DNA of 64,000 bases from Escherichia phage vB_EcoM_ESCO47. The translations under genes and the position numbers were made by a program. Location of the stretch: sequence record OM386662.1. The stretch is one strand, 5' to 3'. Position 1 is the first letter of the stretch; every line of letters starts with the position of its first letter. Below the pieces are notes generated by a model. The model was not told the DNA's origin. It ran no database searches and was given only the letters and a program-made list of their open reading frames with translations. Shown here piece by piece: positions 32,225 to 43,358 of the stretch.

Positions 32225-33714
32225 TTTTAGATATTTTAAACCAAATAGCCGCGATCGGTTCTACTAAAACAAAACAGGAAATCATTAAGAAAAATAAGGA
32301 CAACAAATTACTTGAACGTGTGTATCGTTTAACATATGCACGTGGTATCCAGTATTATATTAAGAAATGGCCAGGACCAGGTGAAAGGTCTCAAGCGTAT
32401 GGTCTTCTTGAATTAGATGACATGTTGGATTTTATTGAGTTCACATTAGCCACTCGTAAACTCACTGGTAATGCTGCAATTAAAGAGCTCATGGGTTATA
32501 TCGCTGACGGTAAACCTGATGATGTAGAAGTCCTTCGTCGTGTAATGATGCGCGACCTTGAAGTAGGTGCTTCAGTGTCTATCGCGAATAAGGTGTGGCC
32601 TGGACTTATTCAATTGCAACCACAGATGTTAGCATCGGCATATGATGAGAAATTGATTACTAAAAATATTAAATGGCCCGCATTTGCCCAATTAAAAGCA
32701 GATGGTGCTCGTTGTTTCGCTGAAGTTCGCGATGATGGTGTTCAATTCTTTTCTCGTGCCGGTAACGAATACCATGGTCTTACTCTATTAGCGGATGAAC
32801 TGATGGAAATGACTAAAGAAGCTCGTGAAAGACACCCTAATGGGGTTTTAATCGACGGTGAATTAGTTTATCATTCATTTGATATTAAAAAGGCTGTGAG
32901 CTCAGGAAATGACCTGTCGTTCTTATTTGGTGATAATGAAGAATCCGAAGAAGTACAGGTTGCAGACCGTAGCACTTCAAATGGTTTAGCAAATAAATCT
33001 CTTCAAGGGACTATTTCTCCTAAAGAAGCTGAAGGTATGGTTCTTCAAGCCTGGGACTATGTTCCTTTAGATGAAGTCTATTCTGATGGCAAAATTAAAG
33101 GTCAGAAATACGATGTTCGTTTTGCTGCTCTTGAAAATATGGCTGAAGGCTTTAAGCGAATTGAGCCAATTGAAAATCAGTTAGTTCGTAATCTTGATGA
33201 AGCTAAAGCGGTTTATAAAAAATATGTTGACCAAGGTCTTGAAGGTATTATCCTTAAAAACCGTGATTCATATTGGGAAAACAAACGCTCTAAGAACCTA
33301 ATTAAATTTAAAGAAGTTATTGATATCGCTTTAGAAGTTGTAGGATACTATGAACACTCTAAAGACCCTAACAAATTAGGTGGCGTCGAACTCGTATCAC
33401 GTTGTCGTCGTATTACAACCGATTGTGGTTCAGGTTTTAAAGATACAACTCATAAAACAGTTGATGGTGTAAAGGTTCTTATTCCTTTAGACGAGCGTCA
33501 TGATTTGGACCGTGAACGATTAATGGCCGAAGCTCGTGAAGGTAAATTAATTGGACGTATCGCTGATTGTGAATGTAATGGTTGGGTTCATTCTAAAGGC
33601 CGCGAAGGTACTGTAGGTATTTTCCTTCCAATTATTAAAGGGTTCCGTTTTGATAAAACAGAAGCGGATTCGTTTGAAGACGTATTTGGACCATGGTCCC
33701 AGACAGGTTTATAA
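32221..33714 (+). CDS. 30: ATP-dependent DNA ligase
   Basis: 497 aa; adenylation motif KADGARC; synteny. Confidence 0.95.
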   Translation: MILDILNQIAAIGSTKTKQEIIKKNKDNKLLERVYRLTYARGIQYYIKKWPGPGERSQAYGLLELDDMLDFIEFTLATRKLTGNAAIKELMGYIADGKPDDVEVLRRVMMRDLEVGASVSIANKVWPGLIQLQPQMLASAYDEKLITKNIKWPAFAQLKADGARCFAEVRDDGVQFFSRAGNEYHGLTLLADELMEMTKEARERHPNGVLIDGELVYHSFDIKKAVSSGNDLSFLFGDNEESEEVQVADRSTSNGLANKSLQGTISPKEAEGMVLQAWDYVPLDEVYSDGKIKGQKYDVRFAALENMAEGFKRIEPIENQLVRNLDEAKAVYKKYVDQGLEGIILKNRDSYWENKRSKNLIKFKEVIDIALEVVGYYEHSKDPNKLGGVELVSRCRRITTDCGSGFKDTTHKTVDGVKVLIPLDERHDLDRERLMAEAREGKLIGRIADCECNGWVHSKGREGTVGIFLPIIKGFRFDKTEADSFEDVFGPWSQTGL

Positions 33715-33902
33715 TGAAAGCTTATTTAGAAACAGTAGTTGTCGCCAATAAAGACGGTAGTGATGTTTCTGCCTCTTGTTCCCAAATTGTATTAGATTTT
33801 CCTAATAACGATTCCTATCATATTTTTATGGACAATTTTGATAAGTACGAAAAAGGCCCTAATTTTGAAGTTTATCGTACTTTGCTCCCGATTGTGGATT
33901 AA
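33714..33902 (+). CDS. hypothetical protein
   Basis: ORF 33693..33902; ATG at 33714 overlaps ligase stop (TAATG); followed by UUCG terminator. Confidence 0.45.
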   Translation: MKAYLETVVVANKDGSDVSASCSQIVLDFPNNDSYHIFMDNFDKYEKGPNFEVYRTLLPIVD

Positions 33903-33921
33903 GAGCCTTCGGGCTCTTTTT
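33902..33921 (+). terminator. intrinsic terminator upstream of alt
   Basis: AGAGCC-UUCG-GGCUCU plus UUUUU. Confidence 0.65.
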
Positions 33922-33957
33922 GGCATAAATATAAATTATTACTAAAAGGAAAACACT

Positions 33958-36045
33958 ATGTCTGAACAATTAAATGAAGTGTTTGAATCCGAAGGCAGTC
34001 TTCCTGTCGTCAATTTGAACCCTAAAGCTAAAGTTCCACAAGTCTGGAAAATTGGTGATGTTGATACAAATATTGTAGTTCGTTTATTCTCTTACCTTTC
34101 CGAAGGCGACGCTGTAAAACAAGTTAAACTTGGGGACAAATACGCTCATGTTGTTATTATGAGTCTGTCTGAAAAGGGTAATCTTGCTGAATTGAAAAAT
34201 GGCCTTGGTCCTGCTCCTATTGATGCAATCAACACCATTTTCAATACAGTATATGAACAGGTTAAAGCTCTTCGTATGGATGCAGTTCTGTTCCGATTCC
34301 CTACCAAGAAATTGAAAGGACGTGGACAGCAGCTTCAAACTCTTCTTGCTCGTTTAGTTTCTACTAAAACCGGCGGTCGTTTTAAAGTATTGTCTGCAAT
34401 GTATCAATTCACAGGTAAACACACCTATGTGATGATGGTTCGTAAAAATGCCAACATTGAAGATATTAAAGGCATCCCTAACATTAACACAGAGTTGTAC
34501 ACGAAAGTAGATTCTGATGTTGGTGAAGTTTATGTGAGTAAAAAGACTGGCGAAAAGGTCACCAAAGAAACGGCTATCGCCGGTTCTATTGCTGCTGTAG
34601 AAGAAAAACGTAAAGATAAGCCTGTTATTGCTCGTACTAAAATTTCTCGTCGTGCTATTGCAGCAAGTCAATCTTTAGAAGCCGACCGACAAGAAGGTGA
34701 GTTATTCCAGAAATACGAAAATTCTGCTAAAGAAGTTAGTGGCCCAGCTACAGCCGAATTACTTCCTGAAGCATATGAAATCGTACTAGCCCAAGCATCG
34801 TCCACAGCAAAAGGCACTTTAGTTGCTGATATCGAAAATAAGATTTATAATCGTATTGATGAATCCTTTAAATTTGCTGATGAAGTTTCTTATGGTAGTG
34901 TTATTAAGCCGTCTTTAGAAAAGTTTGCTAAGAAAATTAAAACCGAAAAAACAACATCTGTTAAAGCATTAGCTGCTTTTGTTGAAGCTGCAAACGAAAT
35001 TGCAGACTCTATTAAAGACGAATGGTTTGAAGATTTTAGACGAGATAATTTCCAACTGGCTGACGACGTTTTAGCTGAAGTATCTGAAAGAACTTGGAAA
35101 CAACGTAAATCAGCATTCTTGTCTAATGTGATGTATACTTATGCACGAGAATCGGCTAGAGGTACCTTTAATATAACAATGAATCGGGACCCTAAACAAT
35201 ACTCTGTTGCTGAAAAACGAGCTATTCGTGAATATGCCTCTTCTGCGTATACTGATATCAATAATATGTTGTTAGGTCGTTATAAACCAGATTTTTACGA
35301 TGTTGCAGATGAAGATGAAGTTAAACGCGCTATTGATGGTCTTGATTCGGCGTTTTTAAATGGAGACCGTTTACCTGAAGGGCTAACGTTATATAGAGCT
35401 CAGTCTATCAGAATGCCTATTTACGAAGCGATGGTTAAAAATAAGGTATTCTACTTCAGAAACTATGTTTCCACTTCACTAGCTCCTATTATTTTCGGCG
35501 GGTTTAAAGAGAACGTTGCCATTGGACTTGCTCCTGAAGAAGTTCGCAAAGATCTTAACATTGACAATAATGACGAAGGTGTTACTATTTCTCCTAGTCT
35601 AGTAAGAACAGCTATGCATGCGCCAGAACAAATCCGTGTTAACGTTGGATGGGCTATTGATGGCGCCCATAAAGTTAACGTGATTTATCCAGGACAGTTG
35701 AGTAATCACCCTAATGAGCAAGAAATTATTTTGCCTAGAGGCATTCTCTTGCAGATAAATAAAATTACAGATGCGTCATCTGACACTGGTGCAGGTTTAG
35801 AATCCAACCTTAAATTTATTCAAGCTGAAGTCATGTCCTCAGACCAGTTGGACGAAGCTGTCATTTACGATGGTGACGTTCTCATGGAAACAGGCGAGGT
35901 GGTTGCTATGACGGGTGAAATCGAATCAGATGAGCCGGTATCGTTCTCCTCATTTGTAGAAAAAACTAGTGCACCTAAAGGTTTGAAATTGCTGGCATCT
36001 TTAATGGATTTAGAATCAGTTCCATTTAAATTTGTCCAAGGATAG
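33958..36045 (+). CDS. alt: Alt, packaged ADP-ribosyltransferase
   Basis: 695 aa; ART-like triad near C-terminal half (YRAQ.., ..STSLA.., ..EQEIILPRG); position between 30 and 54. Confidence 0.75.
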   Translation: MSEQLNEVFESEGSLPVVNLNPKAKVPQVWKIGDVDTNIVVRLFSYLSEGDAVKQVKLGDKYAHVVIMSLSEKGNLAELKNGLGPAPIDAINTIFNTVYEQVKALRMDAVLFRFPTKKLKGRGQQLQTLLARLVSTKTGGRFKVLSAMYQFTGKHTYVMMVRKNANIEDIKGIPNINTELYTKVDSDVGEVYVSKKTGEKVTKETAIAGSIAAVEEKRKDKPVIARTKISRRAIAASQSLEADRQEGELFQKYENSAKEVSGPATAELLPEAYEIVLAQASSTAKGTLVADIENKIYNRIDESFKFADEVSYGSVIKPSLEKFAKKIKTEKTTSVKALAAFVEAANEIADSIKDEWFEDFRRDNFQLADDVLAEVSERTWKQRKSAFLSNVMYTYARESARGTFNITMNRDPKQYSVAEKRAIREYASSAYTDINNMLLGRYKPDFYDVADEDEVKRAIDGLDSAFLNGDRLPEGLTLYRAQSIRMPIYEAMVKNKVFYFRNYVSTSLAPIIFGGFKENVAIGLAPEEVRKDLNIDNNDEGVTISPSLVRTAMHAPEQIRVNVGWAIDGAHKVNVIYPGQLSNHPNEQEIILPRGILLQINKITDASSDTGAGLESNLKFIQAEVMSSDQLDEAVIYDGDVLMETGEVVAMTGEIESDEPVSFSSFVEKTSAPKGLKLLASLMDLESVPFKFVQG

Positions 36046-36074
36046 TTTACAAACACATGGATGTGTGATACTAT
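36045..36074 (+). promoter_or_regulatory. early promoter
   Basis: GTTTAC 36045-36050, TGTGATACTAT 36069-36074. Confidence 0.6.
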
Positions 36075-36103
36075 CATCCCATCAACAACATGAGGAAACC
36101 GTT

Positions 36104-36397
36104 ATGAAATCTATGCTTCGCTTTAATGGTCAAGAACTAGTAGTTGAAGATGCTATCCCAGCGGATGATGTTTTTAACGAAGCTGTTATTGACGAATTGA
36201 ATCGAGTATTCCCAGGTGCATTCCATATTGCTATGGAACCTCTTAAAAACTTTCGTGACCCTGAGCACACTGATCAAATTTTTATCGGTGTAGTGGCAGG
36301 TCATTTAGAAACAGAGGTACCAATGGTCGTATTAGTTAAATACTCTAAAGATGATACTCCATTCCGAGCACCAGCATTCCTTTCATTCCGTAAATAA
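36104..36397 (+). CDS. hypothetical early protein
   Basis: ORF 36032..36397; ATG at 36104 chosen (early promoter 36045-36074 and GAGGAAA SD upstream); terminator follows. Confidence 0.55.
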   Translation: MKSMLRFNGQELVVEDAIPADDVFNEAVIDELNRVFPGAFHIAMEPLKNFRDPEHTDQIFIGVVAGHLETEVPMVVLVKYSKDDTPFRAPAFLSFRK

Positions 36398-36406
36398 ACC
36401 CCTAAA

Positions 36407-36429
36407 GGGAGACGTTGTCTCCCTTTTTT
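36407..36429 (+). terminator. intrinsic terminator after the alt-proximal ORF
   Basis: GGGAGAC-GUU-GUCUCCC plus UUUUUU. Confidence 0.65.
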
Positions 36430-36430
36430 C

Positions 36431-37393
36431 TTATAGTCCTAAAACTCTTGATGTAGAATTCACCACACCTGTCAATGTGTTTATATTAGACACACCTCCA
36501 GCAGTCCCACCTAATCTAGAAAGTCTTGATACTGCACTTCCTAGACCAGAATCATTCTGATTATTTCCAAACATTCCTGAAACACTACTAATAAGTCCTG
36601 ATTCCAGCCATTCTAAAGCAGCCTGTCTATTTACAGCACCTGATTGCATAACGCGATAAGCAAATGTTACATCAAAAACTGTTATCTGATTATCACCATC
36701 ATACGTTAACTCAGGAGAAGAGACACTAACAGGAATACATCCGGTGAACATGACAGCGGTATGTGGTAAACCATTTCGTGCATGTAAATTAACCTGAATA
36801 TCTGCTTCGACGTCTTGTGGTAAAGCACGAAGACCTGTTACAGGGTCTTGGACTGAGTTTACCCAGTCTTGCATTGCTCTAAAGTTAGATGCTTCGGAAT
36901 CCATTCTAAAGCTTATTACTAATGGGTCCATTTCTCGGCCTGTAATTCGGATGTTCGGGGAGTTATAGTTGAAATCCGTTTCATAAGATAATCGGTTCTC
37001 AGGCATTTTTACAGAATAAATCATTAAACCTGTATTATTATATGCCATATTGAAGAAGTCTATCAGATAAGCTCCTACTGTGAACTCACCTAACAAGCTT
37101 TGTACCGTACGTTGACTCATTGCTCCAATCAGATATTTACTTATACCTGATTTTCGAATTAATTTCTGTGTTCCCGCTGTAATCAGGGTTGTTATGCCCT
37201 GATTGATATCACCTTGAGTCAATCCTAGCCAATCGGAATCCAACCCTAAGTTATTATAAGCAAAACTACCAATTGACGAAATTAGTGAAGACGATTTGGT
37301 TGATGGTGTAGTAGCAAATACACAACTAAACATATTGTTTCGTTGGAAATCTGCATTTATAGCTTGGTTATTAAATTCTTCTAAAGAGTACAT
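36431..37393 (-). CDS. 54: gp54, baseplate tail-tube initiator
   Basis: 320 aa (T4 length), synteny. Confidence 0.85.
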   Translation of the reverse strand: MYSLEEFNNQAINADFQRNNMFSCVFATTPSTKSSSLISSIGSFAYNNLGLDSDWLGLTQGDINQGITTLITAGTQKLIRKSGISKYLIGAMSQRTVQSLLGEFTVGAYLIDFFNMAYNNTGLMIYSVKMPENRLSYETDFNYNSPNIRITGREMDPLVISFRMDSEASNFRAMQDWVNSVQDPVTGLRALPQDVEADIQVNLHARNGLPHTAVMFTGCIPVSVSSPELTYDGDNQITVFDVTFAYRVMQSGAVNRQAALEWLESGLISSVSGMFGNNQNDSGLGSAVSRLSRLGGTAGGVSNINTLTGVVNSTSRVLGL

Positions 37394-38502
37394 TAGAAAG
37401 TCCCCGCATAAAGTGAAGAACGGTTTAATGTAATAATTTCTCGCATTGTTATCTCTAACGTAAATGTTGATGGTAAGTTAGGAGCAACAGCAAGACCATT
37501 AAATTGTCCATTTGGAGTTTTATCAAAACGTACGCTTTGAATTTGACATGGGCCAAATACGTCAGTTAATCCATCAAATTTAGACGTATAACCAAAGTTT
37601 TTAACCATCCAAATTGTAGGGTTGCTTACAACTAATACATTTGTTAATGACGCAGTAATCTTTTCAAACAATGTCTTATTTTTTACTGCATCGGCTGGCG
37701 TCATAGGCTCAATAAACGTTGAACGGTACCATTCGTCTAAATAACTTTTAATCTCTTGGGCGTATTGTGATTTACCTGTCTCACCATATGAGAAATAATT
37801 AAAATATTGGTAAATGTTTATAATAGCCATAAGGTCTTCAGTTGAACGTGGAGTTAAATCCCAGGTAAAGACTTTAGTACGGTTCTCAGCACCGCCATAC
37901 ATACTACGAGAAGTCGTATAAATCTGTTCGTTATTATCGGCCATAAGCCCTTGAGTAATAGAATCTAATGCACCAAAAACTGCAGTAGAAGCAATGTTAC
38001 TTAAAACACCAGTAGCAGTACCTCCACCTTTAGTAATAAGGCTATCACCGATATCATTAAAACGATGTGAAGTTGTATCAACATCAGATTTGGAACGCGG
38101 CAAAAGGATATTGGCAACAGGAGTTTTATTTATAGTAGATTTATTAGCTCCGGCAGGAAGCAGTCCGTTTGAGAATTTAGTCACCGCATCTTTCACGTTA
38201 TCAGTTAAATCTGATATGATACCATTAGATGAAGTCCCAACGTATGCCGGACGTAAATTCCTGAGGGATCCTGAATCGCGTGCAGACATATTGTACGCGG
38301 TAAATAATAATCCATTCTTATAAAGGTCTGTTACCTGGAAGTCTCCTGTGGAGTCATTTCCGGCTGCTCTTCCTGTAGGAAATTGGGCAACATACGTTTT
38401 AGTAGTTGTTTCGGTTTTAGTGCTTTGCCCGGCACTTTCTGAGACTGGGATTGCTTTATTTAAATCCTTTGCATCTACTACTATTTCTTTTACACTAATC
38501 AT
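37393..38502 (-). CDS. 48: gp48, baseplate tail-tube cap
   Basis: 369 aa, synteny 29-48-54. Confidence 0.85.
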   Translation of the reverse strand: MISVKEIVVDAKDLNKAIPVSESAGQSTKTETTTKTYVAQFPTGRAAGNDSTGDFQVTDLYKNGLLFTAYNMSARDSGSLRNLRPAYVGTSSNGIISDLTDNVKDAVTKFSNGLLPAGANKSTINKTPVANILLPRSKSDVDTTSHRFNDIGDSLITKGGGTATGVLSNIASTAVFGALDSITQGLMADNNEQIYTTSRSMYGGAENRTKVFTWDLTPRSTEDLMAIINIYQYFNYFSYGETGKSQYAQEIKSYLDEWYRSTFIEPMTPADAVKNKTLFEKITASLTNVLVVSNPTIWMVKNFGYTSKFDGLTDVFGPCQIQSVRFDKTPNGQFNGLAVAPNLPSTFTLEITMREIITLNRSSLYAGTF

Positions 38503-38510
38503 AATAATCC

Positions 38511-40283
38511 TTAATTAACACCGGTGGCACGGAAAATTCCAGGAGCCGTTGTACTTGTTACAGGGGTCATATTCTGGACTACGGTATTCTTTTTGACGAC
38601 ATTATTTGTGTTACTAATCGCCGCTACCGGTTGCTGTTGTTTAGATTCAGAAGCACGTCCTTTCTCTATTGACTGGACTTGTTTTGCTTCCGGAGATTTA
38701 GACGAAGATTCAGGCTTAACTGTTGTCTGAGCCTTTTTGGCTTCAGCCATTTTATTATTTAGCTTTTCAAATCTAGCATCTAATTCCTTTTTAACAACAG
38801 GAGTTTTATTAAGTTCAGGGTCTTTAATAAGTTTACTTAAATCAGCATAAGACTTCTCGACGTTTTTAGCATTTTCCGGATTAGACATATCGATTTTATC
38901 GATATAATCCTCAAATCTAACCAGTGCCGCACGAGTTTCATTAGCTTTTATATACGCTTCTTTACGCTCCTCTTCAGGTAACTCTTTTAATTTTGACGAT
39001 TCCGCAGCACGCTCATCGCTTGTACTAAACTCTTCTTTATTGTCATTACCACGAACCCAGTTAGTAACGAATGTTTTGCCGCGTTGTAACATATCAAGAC
39101 CTTTAGAAACGGTTCCTAATTCCCCGTCGTCACGCTTCATTTGATATTTAGCGACTTTCTCTTGGTCTTCTTTCTTTAATTTGTTCCCAGTAGTTTCTTG
39201 GAATCCCTCTAAAGCACGTCCTTCTATTTCGTCCGCGGTATCACCAAAACCTATAGCACGCAATATAGACGCGGAGAGTTTAGCCATTCCTAATTGAATT
39301 AGTTCACCTAAGTTCATTAACGCTGTTCCTACACCTTTGACAATAGCAACGGTTAAACCACCCCAGTCTCCAGCTTCCCACAATTGTTTTATCGAGTCAA
39401 TAGAAGTAAATATATCACTTAAGAATTTACCCCATGTACCAGCTTCATCGGAGAATTTAGTAAAGTTTTCATCAAATAAATCCCAGGCAGAAGTGAACTT
39501 GTCTGTCCAATATTTGAAATGGACTATCAATAAATCAATACCGATAACAATACCAAGAATAAGTGCGGCCATTTTTGCTGCTTCAATAGCAGCCGTTATA
39601 GTGTATTTGAAAAGCATCCCAGCAATTCTGTCTGAAATTGATATTGATTTACTAAACCCGGTTTGAACTGTTTTGGTGAGCATTGCAATTTTATCGCTCA
39701 ATTTAAAGCTAATTCCGCCTTTAGAATCGGAAGTAGAATTAGCACTTTCTTGAACCGGGGCTGGGAAGAAATCTTCGTCTGGCTTATTATCAATCTTTTC
39801 AGGTGTAGGGAATGCTTTAAACAACTCATCAGAAGTTTCATTCTCAACCACTTTAACAGGTATTGCGTTCTCAATTACTTCAAGAGAGGTGCCTCCTGTA
39901 TTTTGAATAGCGGTAGATGTTTGTAATTTTTGCTCTAATAATGTAGCTAATCGGTCTAACTTAGAGCTTATTGCACTAGAAACTTCGTTTATACTTTTAG
40001 TGACTTCAGTTTGGTTTTCAATAACTTCTGCGATAAGCTCTGTGCCTTCAGCAGTATTATCTGTCGAATTCTTTAAGTCTCCAATTGATTCAATAATTCC
40101 ATTGCCTTTATCTTCTACACTTTGTGATGTGAGTTCAGACGCGGCTTGGACATCGTCTAGTTTTGATGAAATGTTATTCAATGCTTCTAATGAATCGGTA
40201 GCTGCTGTTGCAGCTACTTTTTGTGGTTTATTATCGGCAATGACCTTATTTCTACGCATGGATTTCATTTCTTCAGGTTTCAT
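38511..40283 (-). CDS. 29: gp29, tail tape-measure / baseplate hub protein
   Basis: 590 aa (T4 length), low-complexity coiled regions. Confidence 0.85.
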   Translation of the reverse strand: MKPEEMKSMRRNKVIADNKPQKVAATAATDSLEALNNISSKLDDVQAASELTSQSVEDKGNGIIESIGDLKNSTDNTAEGTELIAEVIENQTEVTKSINEVSSAISSKLDRLATLLEQKLQTSTAIQNTGGTSLEVIENAIPVKVVENETSDELFKAFPTPEKIDNKPDEDFFPAPVQESANSTSDSKGGISFKLSDKIAMLTKTVQTGFSKSISISDRIAGMLFKYTITAAIEAAKMAALILGIVIGIDLLIVHFKYWTDKFTSAWDLFDENFTKFSDEAGTWGKFLSDIFTSIDSIKQLWEAGDWGGLTVAIVKGVGTALMNLGELIQLGMAKLSASILRAIGFGDTADEIEGRALEGFQETTGNKLKKEDQEKVAKYQMKRDDGELGTVSKGLDMLQRGKTFVTNWVRGNDNKEEFSTSDERAAESSKLKELPEEERKEAYIKANETRAALVRFEDYIDKIDMSNPENAKNVEKSYADLSKLIKDPELNKTPVVKKELDARFEKLNNKMAEAKKAQTTVKPESSSKSPEAKQVQSIEKGRASESKQQQPVAAISNTNNVVKKNTVVQNMTPVTSTTAPGIFRATGVN

Positions 40284-40813
40284 TCAAGCAATCCAATAAT
40301 TTCTGCTATACCCTTAATAGGACCATTAGGGCCTGGAATAGCAATAGTTGTCGAAAGGTCTTCTGCCCATTTGATTACAAAAGCAGGCATCTCAAGGAAA
40401 GAAATTTCTTTCTCTTCGTCATTAACTTTTATTAAGCAATTTGATAGCATTTCACTGATTGTAGCGAATTGTTCAAATTTGCCTGGGGGTCTAAAATAAA
40501 AAGTATTACCTTGAAATTGGAATTCTGTTCGTTGGCATACATAGACGTCATCTAGTTTATAAGTGAATCCATCTTTTTCAACTTCAGACTTAAGTTTGTT
40601 ATTAAATTCCAATATGTGTAGACATGCAAAATCAAAATCTGCTGGACTCATATTTTTACAAATAGAATCAGCTAAGATTTTCATGTTTTCGTCAGGACCT
40701 TTAACGTCCTTTAAAAGATTATAATGTTTGAGCCCTAATTTGGGAATCATTACCTTTTTATTAGACTGTGGTAGAATTATTTTCTTTAGAGGTAGAATCA
40801 GATTTAAGTTCAT
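40280..40813 (-). CDS. 28: gp28, baseplate distal hub
   Basis: 177 aa (T4 length). Confidence 0.8.
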   Translation of the reverse strand: MNLNLILPLKKIILPQSNKKVMIPKLGLKHYNLLKDVKGPDENMKILADSICKNMSPADFDFACLHILEFNNKLKSEVEKDGFTYKLDDVYVCQRTEFQFQGNTFYFRPPGKFEQFATISEMLSNCLIKVNDEEKEISFLEMPAFVIKWAEDLSTTIAIPGPNGPIKGIAEIIGLLE

Positions 40814-41933
40814 TTTTAACCTTAACTGGGTTAACAGGTTCTAACACCATTGAGTTGGTAAACATGTACAGATGAGTTTGTGAGTTGTTATTTGATAACT
40901 CATGAATAACTTCATCGACGTAAAATTCGGATTTGAATTGGTTCTTTTGGTCAACAAATATAATTTTAGTAGCAGGCGTTATGTTAAAATTACCTGTAGT
41001 AGTGCATTTAGCATATCCGTCATATTGAGCCATTGTCTGAAGACGACTTGCTTCTTCAAATCCATTACGATAGGTCATTTCGGAATATCCACCGGATCTT
41101 GACACAACAATAGCATTATCACCATCGCCTGTAACAATAACCGGAATAGATGTATCTAAAAATGAATGAGCGAATATCGTGGCGTTTTTAATAGGGTCTC
41201 TTGTAAATTGGTTAGCTTTAGTCATCCAGGTGAAATCCCATACTAATGGATACTCAAGCTCTTGAATATACTGACCTACGGTATTTGGCTCGCCTACAAT
41301 CATCTTAATGCCTTCCTGGCCAATAAGAGTATCGTAGTCAATCATGTTTACGCCTAAAATATCTTGCCATACGAATACGAACTTATCACTCGCTGTAGCA
41401 AGTCCTAATTCTCTGACATATGCCAAATAATCATCAAATGTGCTTGTCCAAGGAATATCAGGAACATAAGCATTAATAGTGTTTATTGGCGGAGTAATTA
41501 ACGTACGGTCTTTATATATTACACCTAACATTTCACGTATAGATTCTCCTGCGTCCGGGAAGAACGGTCGCCCAAATTTAAGGTTCTCTATAGAATGTAT
41601 TGTTCCAAGCTCAATTGCAATAATATTGTCACCTTTTGAGTCCACAGACACAGAATAATGTCTACATCCGTAAATTCGAGTTCTAACTTGGAGAGGTGTG
41701 TTTGAATTTGAAACAGAGATTTGGACTATCTGTCTACCATCCATTTTAGTGTGGAGGTTTTTAGTGTCATAAAATTGAAGAATCCCTTCATTTCTTCCAT
41801 ATAGTGAATCTCGCATGGTTAAAGTTGTTATTGTTGCTGCGAGTTCAACATATCTATTTTCTTGCCAAGCCGAATAATCTTGGTATAATTTAACACTTAA
41901 GTTAGGATATCCTGGACGTTGGAATACTGTCAT
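40761..41933 (-). CDS. 27: gp27, baseplate hub
   Basis: 390 aa, synteny. Confidence 0.85.
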   Translation of the reverse strand: MTVFQRPGYPNLSVKLYQDYSAWQENRYVELAATITTLTMRDSLYGRNEGILQFYDTKNLHTKMDGRQIVQISVSNSNTPLQVRTRIYGCRHYSVSVDSKGDNIIAIELGTIHSIENLKFGRPFFPDAGESIREMLGVIYKDRTLITPPINTINAYVPDIPWTSTFDDYLAYVRELGLATASDKFVFVWQDILGVNMIDYDTLIGQEGIKMIVGEPNTVGQYIQELEYPLVWDFTWMTKANQFTRDPIKNATIFAHSFLDTSIPVIVTGDGDNAIVVSRSGGYSEMTYRNGFEEASRLQTMAQYDGYAKCTTTGNFNITPATKIIFVDQKNQFKSEFYVDEVIHELSNNNSQTHLYMFTNSMVLEPVNPVKVKNELKSDSTSKENNSTTV

Positions 41934-42682
41934 TTTTTATGGTCCTTTTCTACTAATGTTAAAGCAATACCACGTTCAACAGGAATCATTTGCATAATAG
42001 AATCCAATGTGTATTGACTCTTTACTAGTGAATGGTTTATCTGATAGAATGTAAAAATCTCATCAGGGTTAACTAACAATTTAAAAACCTCTAAGATGTC
42101 AGTATATGTTTTAACATGACGTTCACAACAACATAATCTAAGGGTCAAATTAATAGGGTTCATAGAAGCAATAACCTTCTCGAGTGAGTCAATGTCTATT
42201 GCTTCTATTACTTGGATTTGGTTCTCTTCAGTCAAATCATTCCATGGGTACCATTCATCATTATAATATATTTCTTTTATGTTTTCACTTATCATTAATG
42301 CCTTGTTGTCATAAAACTTTTCAGGGAAAGAAAAACGTATTTTTATACCAGCAACATCAAGTTCAGGTTCGACTAGTTCTTTTTGATATATCTCAAATGG
42401 TGCAGTTTTTTCTTTAGAGCATTTAGGGCAAGTGAAAATAACGGGAACTTTTGTTTTGCCTATAGAGCCTGCAAAAACTTGCAGGAATATAAATGGTTGC
42501 CATGTTTTAGGGTATTCGTTAAAATAATCATCAATCAGATCGGCAATTATTTCTTTTTGTTCTTGCGGCGAACGATGTTCGATATCATTTCTAACTAGTA
42601 AAAAGTCTCTATAATCCGCCACAGTGAACGGCTTGAAACGATGAACACCATCCGGTAATTTACAACGAATTATATTAGCCAT
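41930..42682 (-). CDS. 51: gp51, baseplate hub assembly catalyst
   Basis: 250 aa; divergent from gene 26 with shared late promoter palindrome. Confidence 0.8.
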   Translation of the reverse strand: MANIIRCKLPDGVHRFKPFTVADYRDFLLVRNDIEHRSPQEQKEIIADLIDDYFNEYPKTWQPFIFLQVFAGSIGKTKVPVIFTCPKCSKEKTAPFEIYQKELVEPELDVAGIKIRFSFPEKFYDNKALMISENIKEIYYNDEWYPWNDLTEENQIQVIEAIDIDSLEKVIASMNPINLTLRLCCCERHVKTYTDILEVFKLLVNPDEIFTFYQINHSLVKSQYTLDSIMQMIPVERGIALTLVEKDHKK

Positions 42683-42699
42683 AATTACTCCTTTTCTAT

Positions 42700-42707
42700 T
42701 ATTTATA
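42700..42707 (-). promoter_or_regulatory. late promoter TATAAATA for gene 51
   Basis: TATTTATA on + strand; overlaps the gene 26 promoter in the palindrome TATTTATAAATA. Confidence 0.55.
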
Positions 42708-42711
42708 AATA
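42704..42711 (+). promoter_or_regulatory. late promoter TATAAATA for gene 26
   Basis: exact TATAAATA 19 nt upstream of ATG, GGAG SD between. Confidence 0.6.
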
Positions 42712-42729
42712 CACAATAAAGGAGTTAAC

Positions 42730-43356
42730 ATGTACAAATATACGTTTACCGTACGTTTAGGCGATAAAGAAGTGAATTGTAGAGCCTTTACTTTAAAAGA
42801 ATATTTAGGACTTATAGGTGCGCGGGCTACCGGTACTATTGAATCAGCAGTGAACAATATTATCACTAATTGCTCTAACGCTAAAAACTTGACTAAACAA
42901 GAAGCCGAGTTATTGTTGGTAAATTTGTGGGCACATTCGTTAGGTGAAGTGAATCAAGAACACACCTGGAATTGTTCCTGTGGGCATTCATTTCAAGTCT
43001 ATATGAATTTATTGCACACTCAATTGGATGAACAGGCCGATCCCTGGTATTCGTTTAGTGGTATTAAAATTAAGTTCCGTCAACCTAAATTATTTGACGA
43101 TAAAAATATCGCATTAATGATTGCTTCATGTATTGAGGCTGTTTTTGTCAATGGAGAGTCCATCCCTGTTGAAGATTTAACTGAAGCGGAAATAAACGAC
43201 CTTTACGGCCTTATAACAGAAGATGACATGATCAATATTAAAAATCTTTTGGTATCGCCATCAATTTATCTGGCAACCCCTATTAAATGTCCCAAATGTG
43301 GGGCGTCACACGTTCACACAATACGAGGCCTCAAAGAATTCTTTGAGTTACTATAA
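42730..43356 (+). CDS. 26: gp26, baseplate hub subunit
   Basis: 208 aa (T4 length); TATAAATA plus GGAG upstream. Confidence 0.8.
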   Translation: MYKYTFTVRLGDKEVNCRAFTLKEYLGLIGARATGTIESAVNNIITNCSNAKNLTKQEAELLLVNLWAHSLGEVNQEHTWNCSCGHSFQVYMNLLHTQLDEQADPWYSFSGIKIKFRQPKLFDDKNIALMIASCIEAVFVNGESIPVEDLTEAEINDLYGLITEDDMINIKNLLVSPSIYLATPIKCPKCGASHVHTIRGLKEFFELL

Positions 43357-43358
43357 TG
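43325..43358 (+). promoter_or_regulatory. split RBS of gene 25: SD, hairpin, 8 nt, AUG
   Basis: GAGG 43325-43328, hairpin CUCAAAG-AAUU-CUUUGAG 43330-43347, UUACUAUA, AUG 43356. Confidence 0.6.

Noticed and set aside
36032-36103. Upstream ATG start (36032) for the alt-proximal ORF
   Set aside because: It would place the early promoter (36045-36074) inside the coding region; ATG 36104 with GAGGAAA SD fits better
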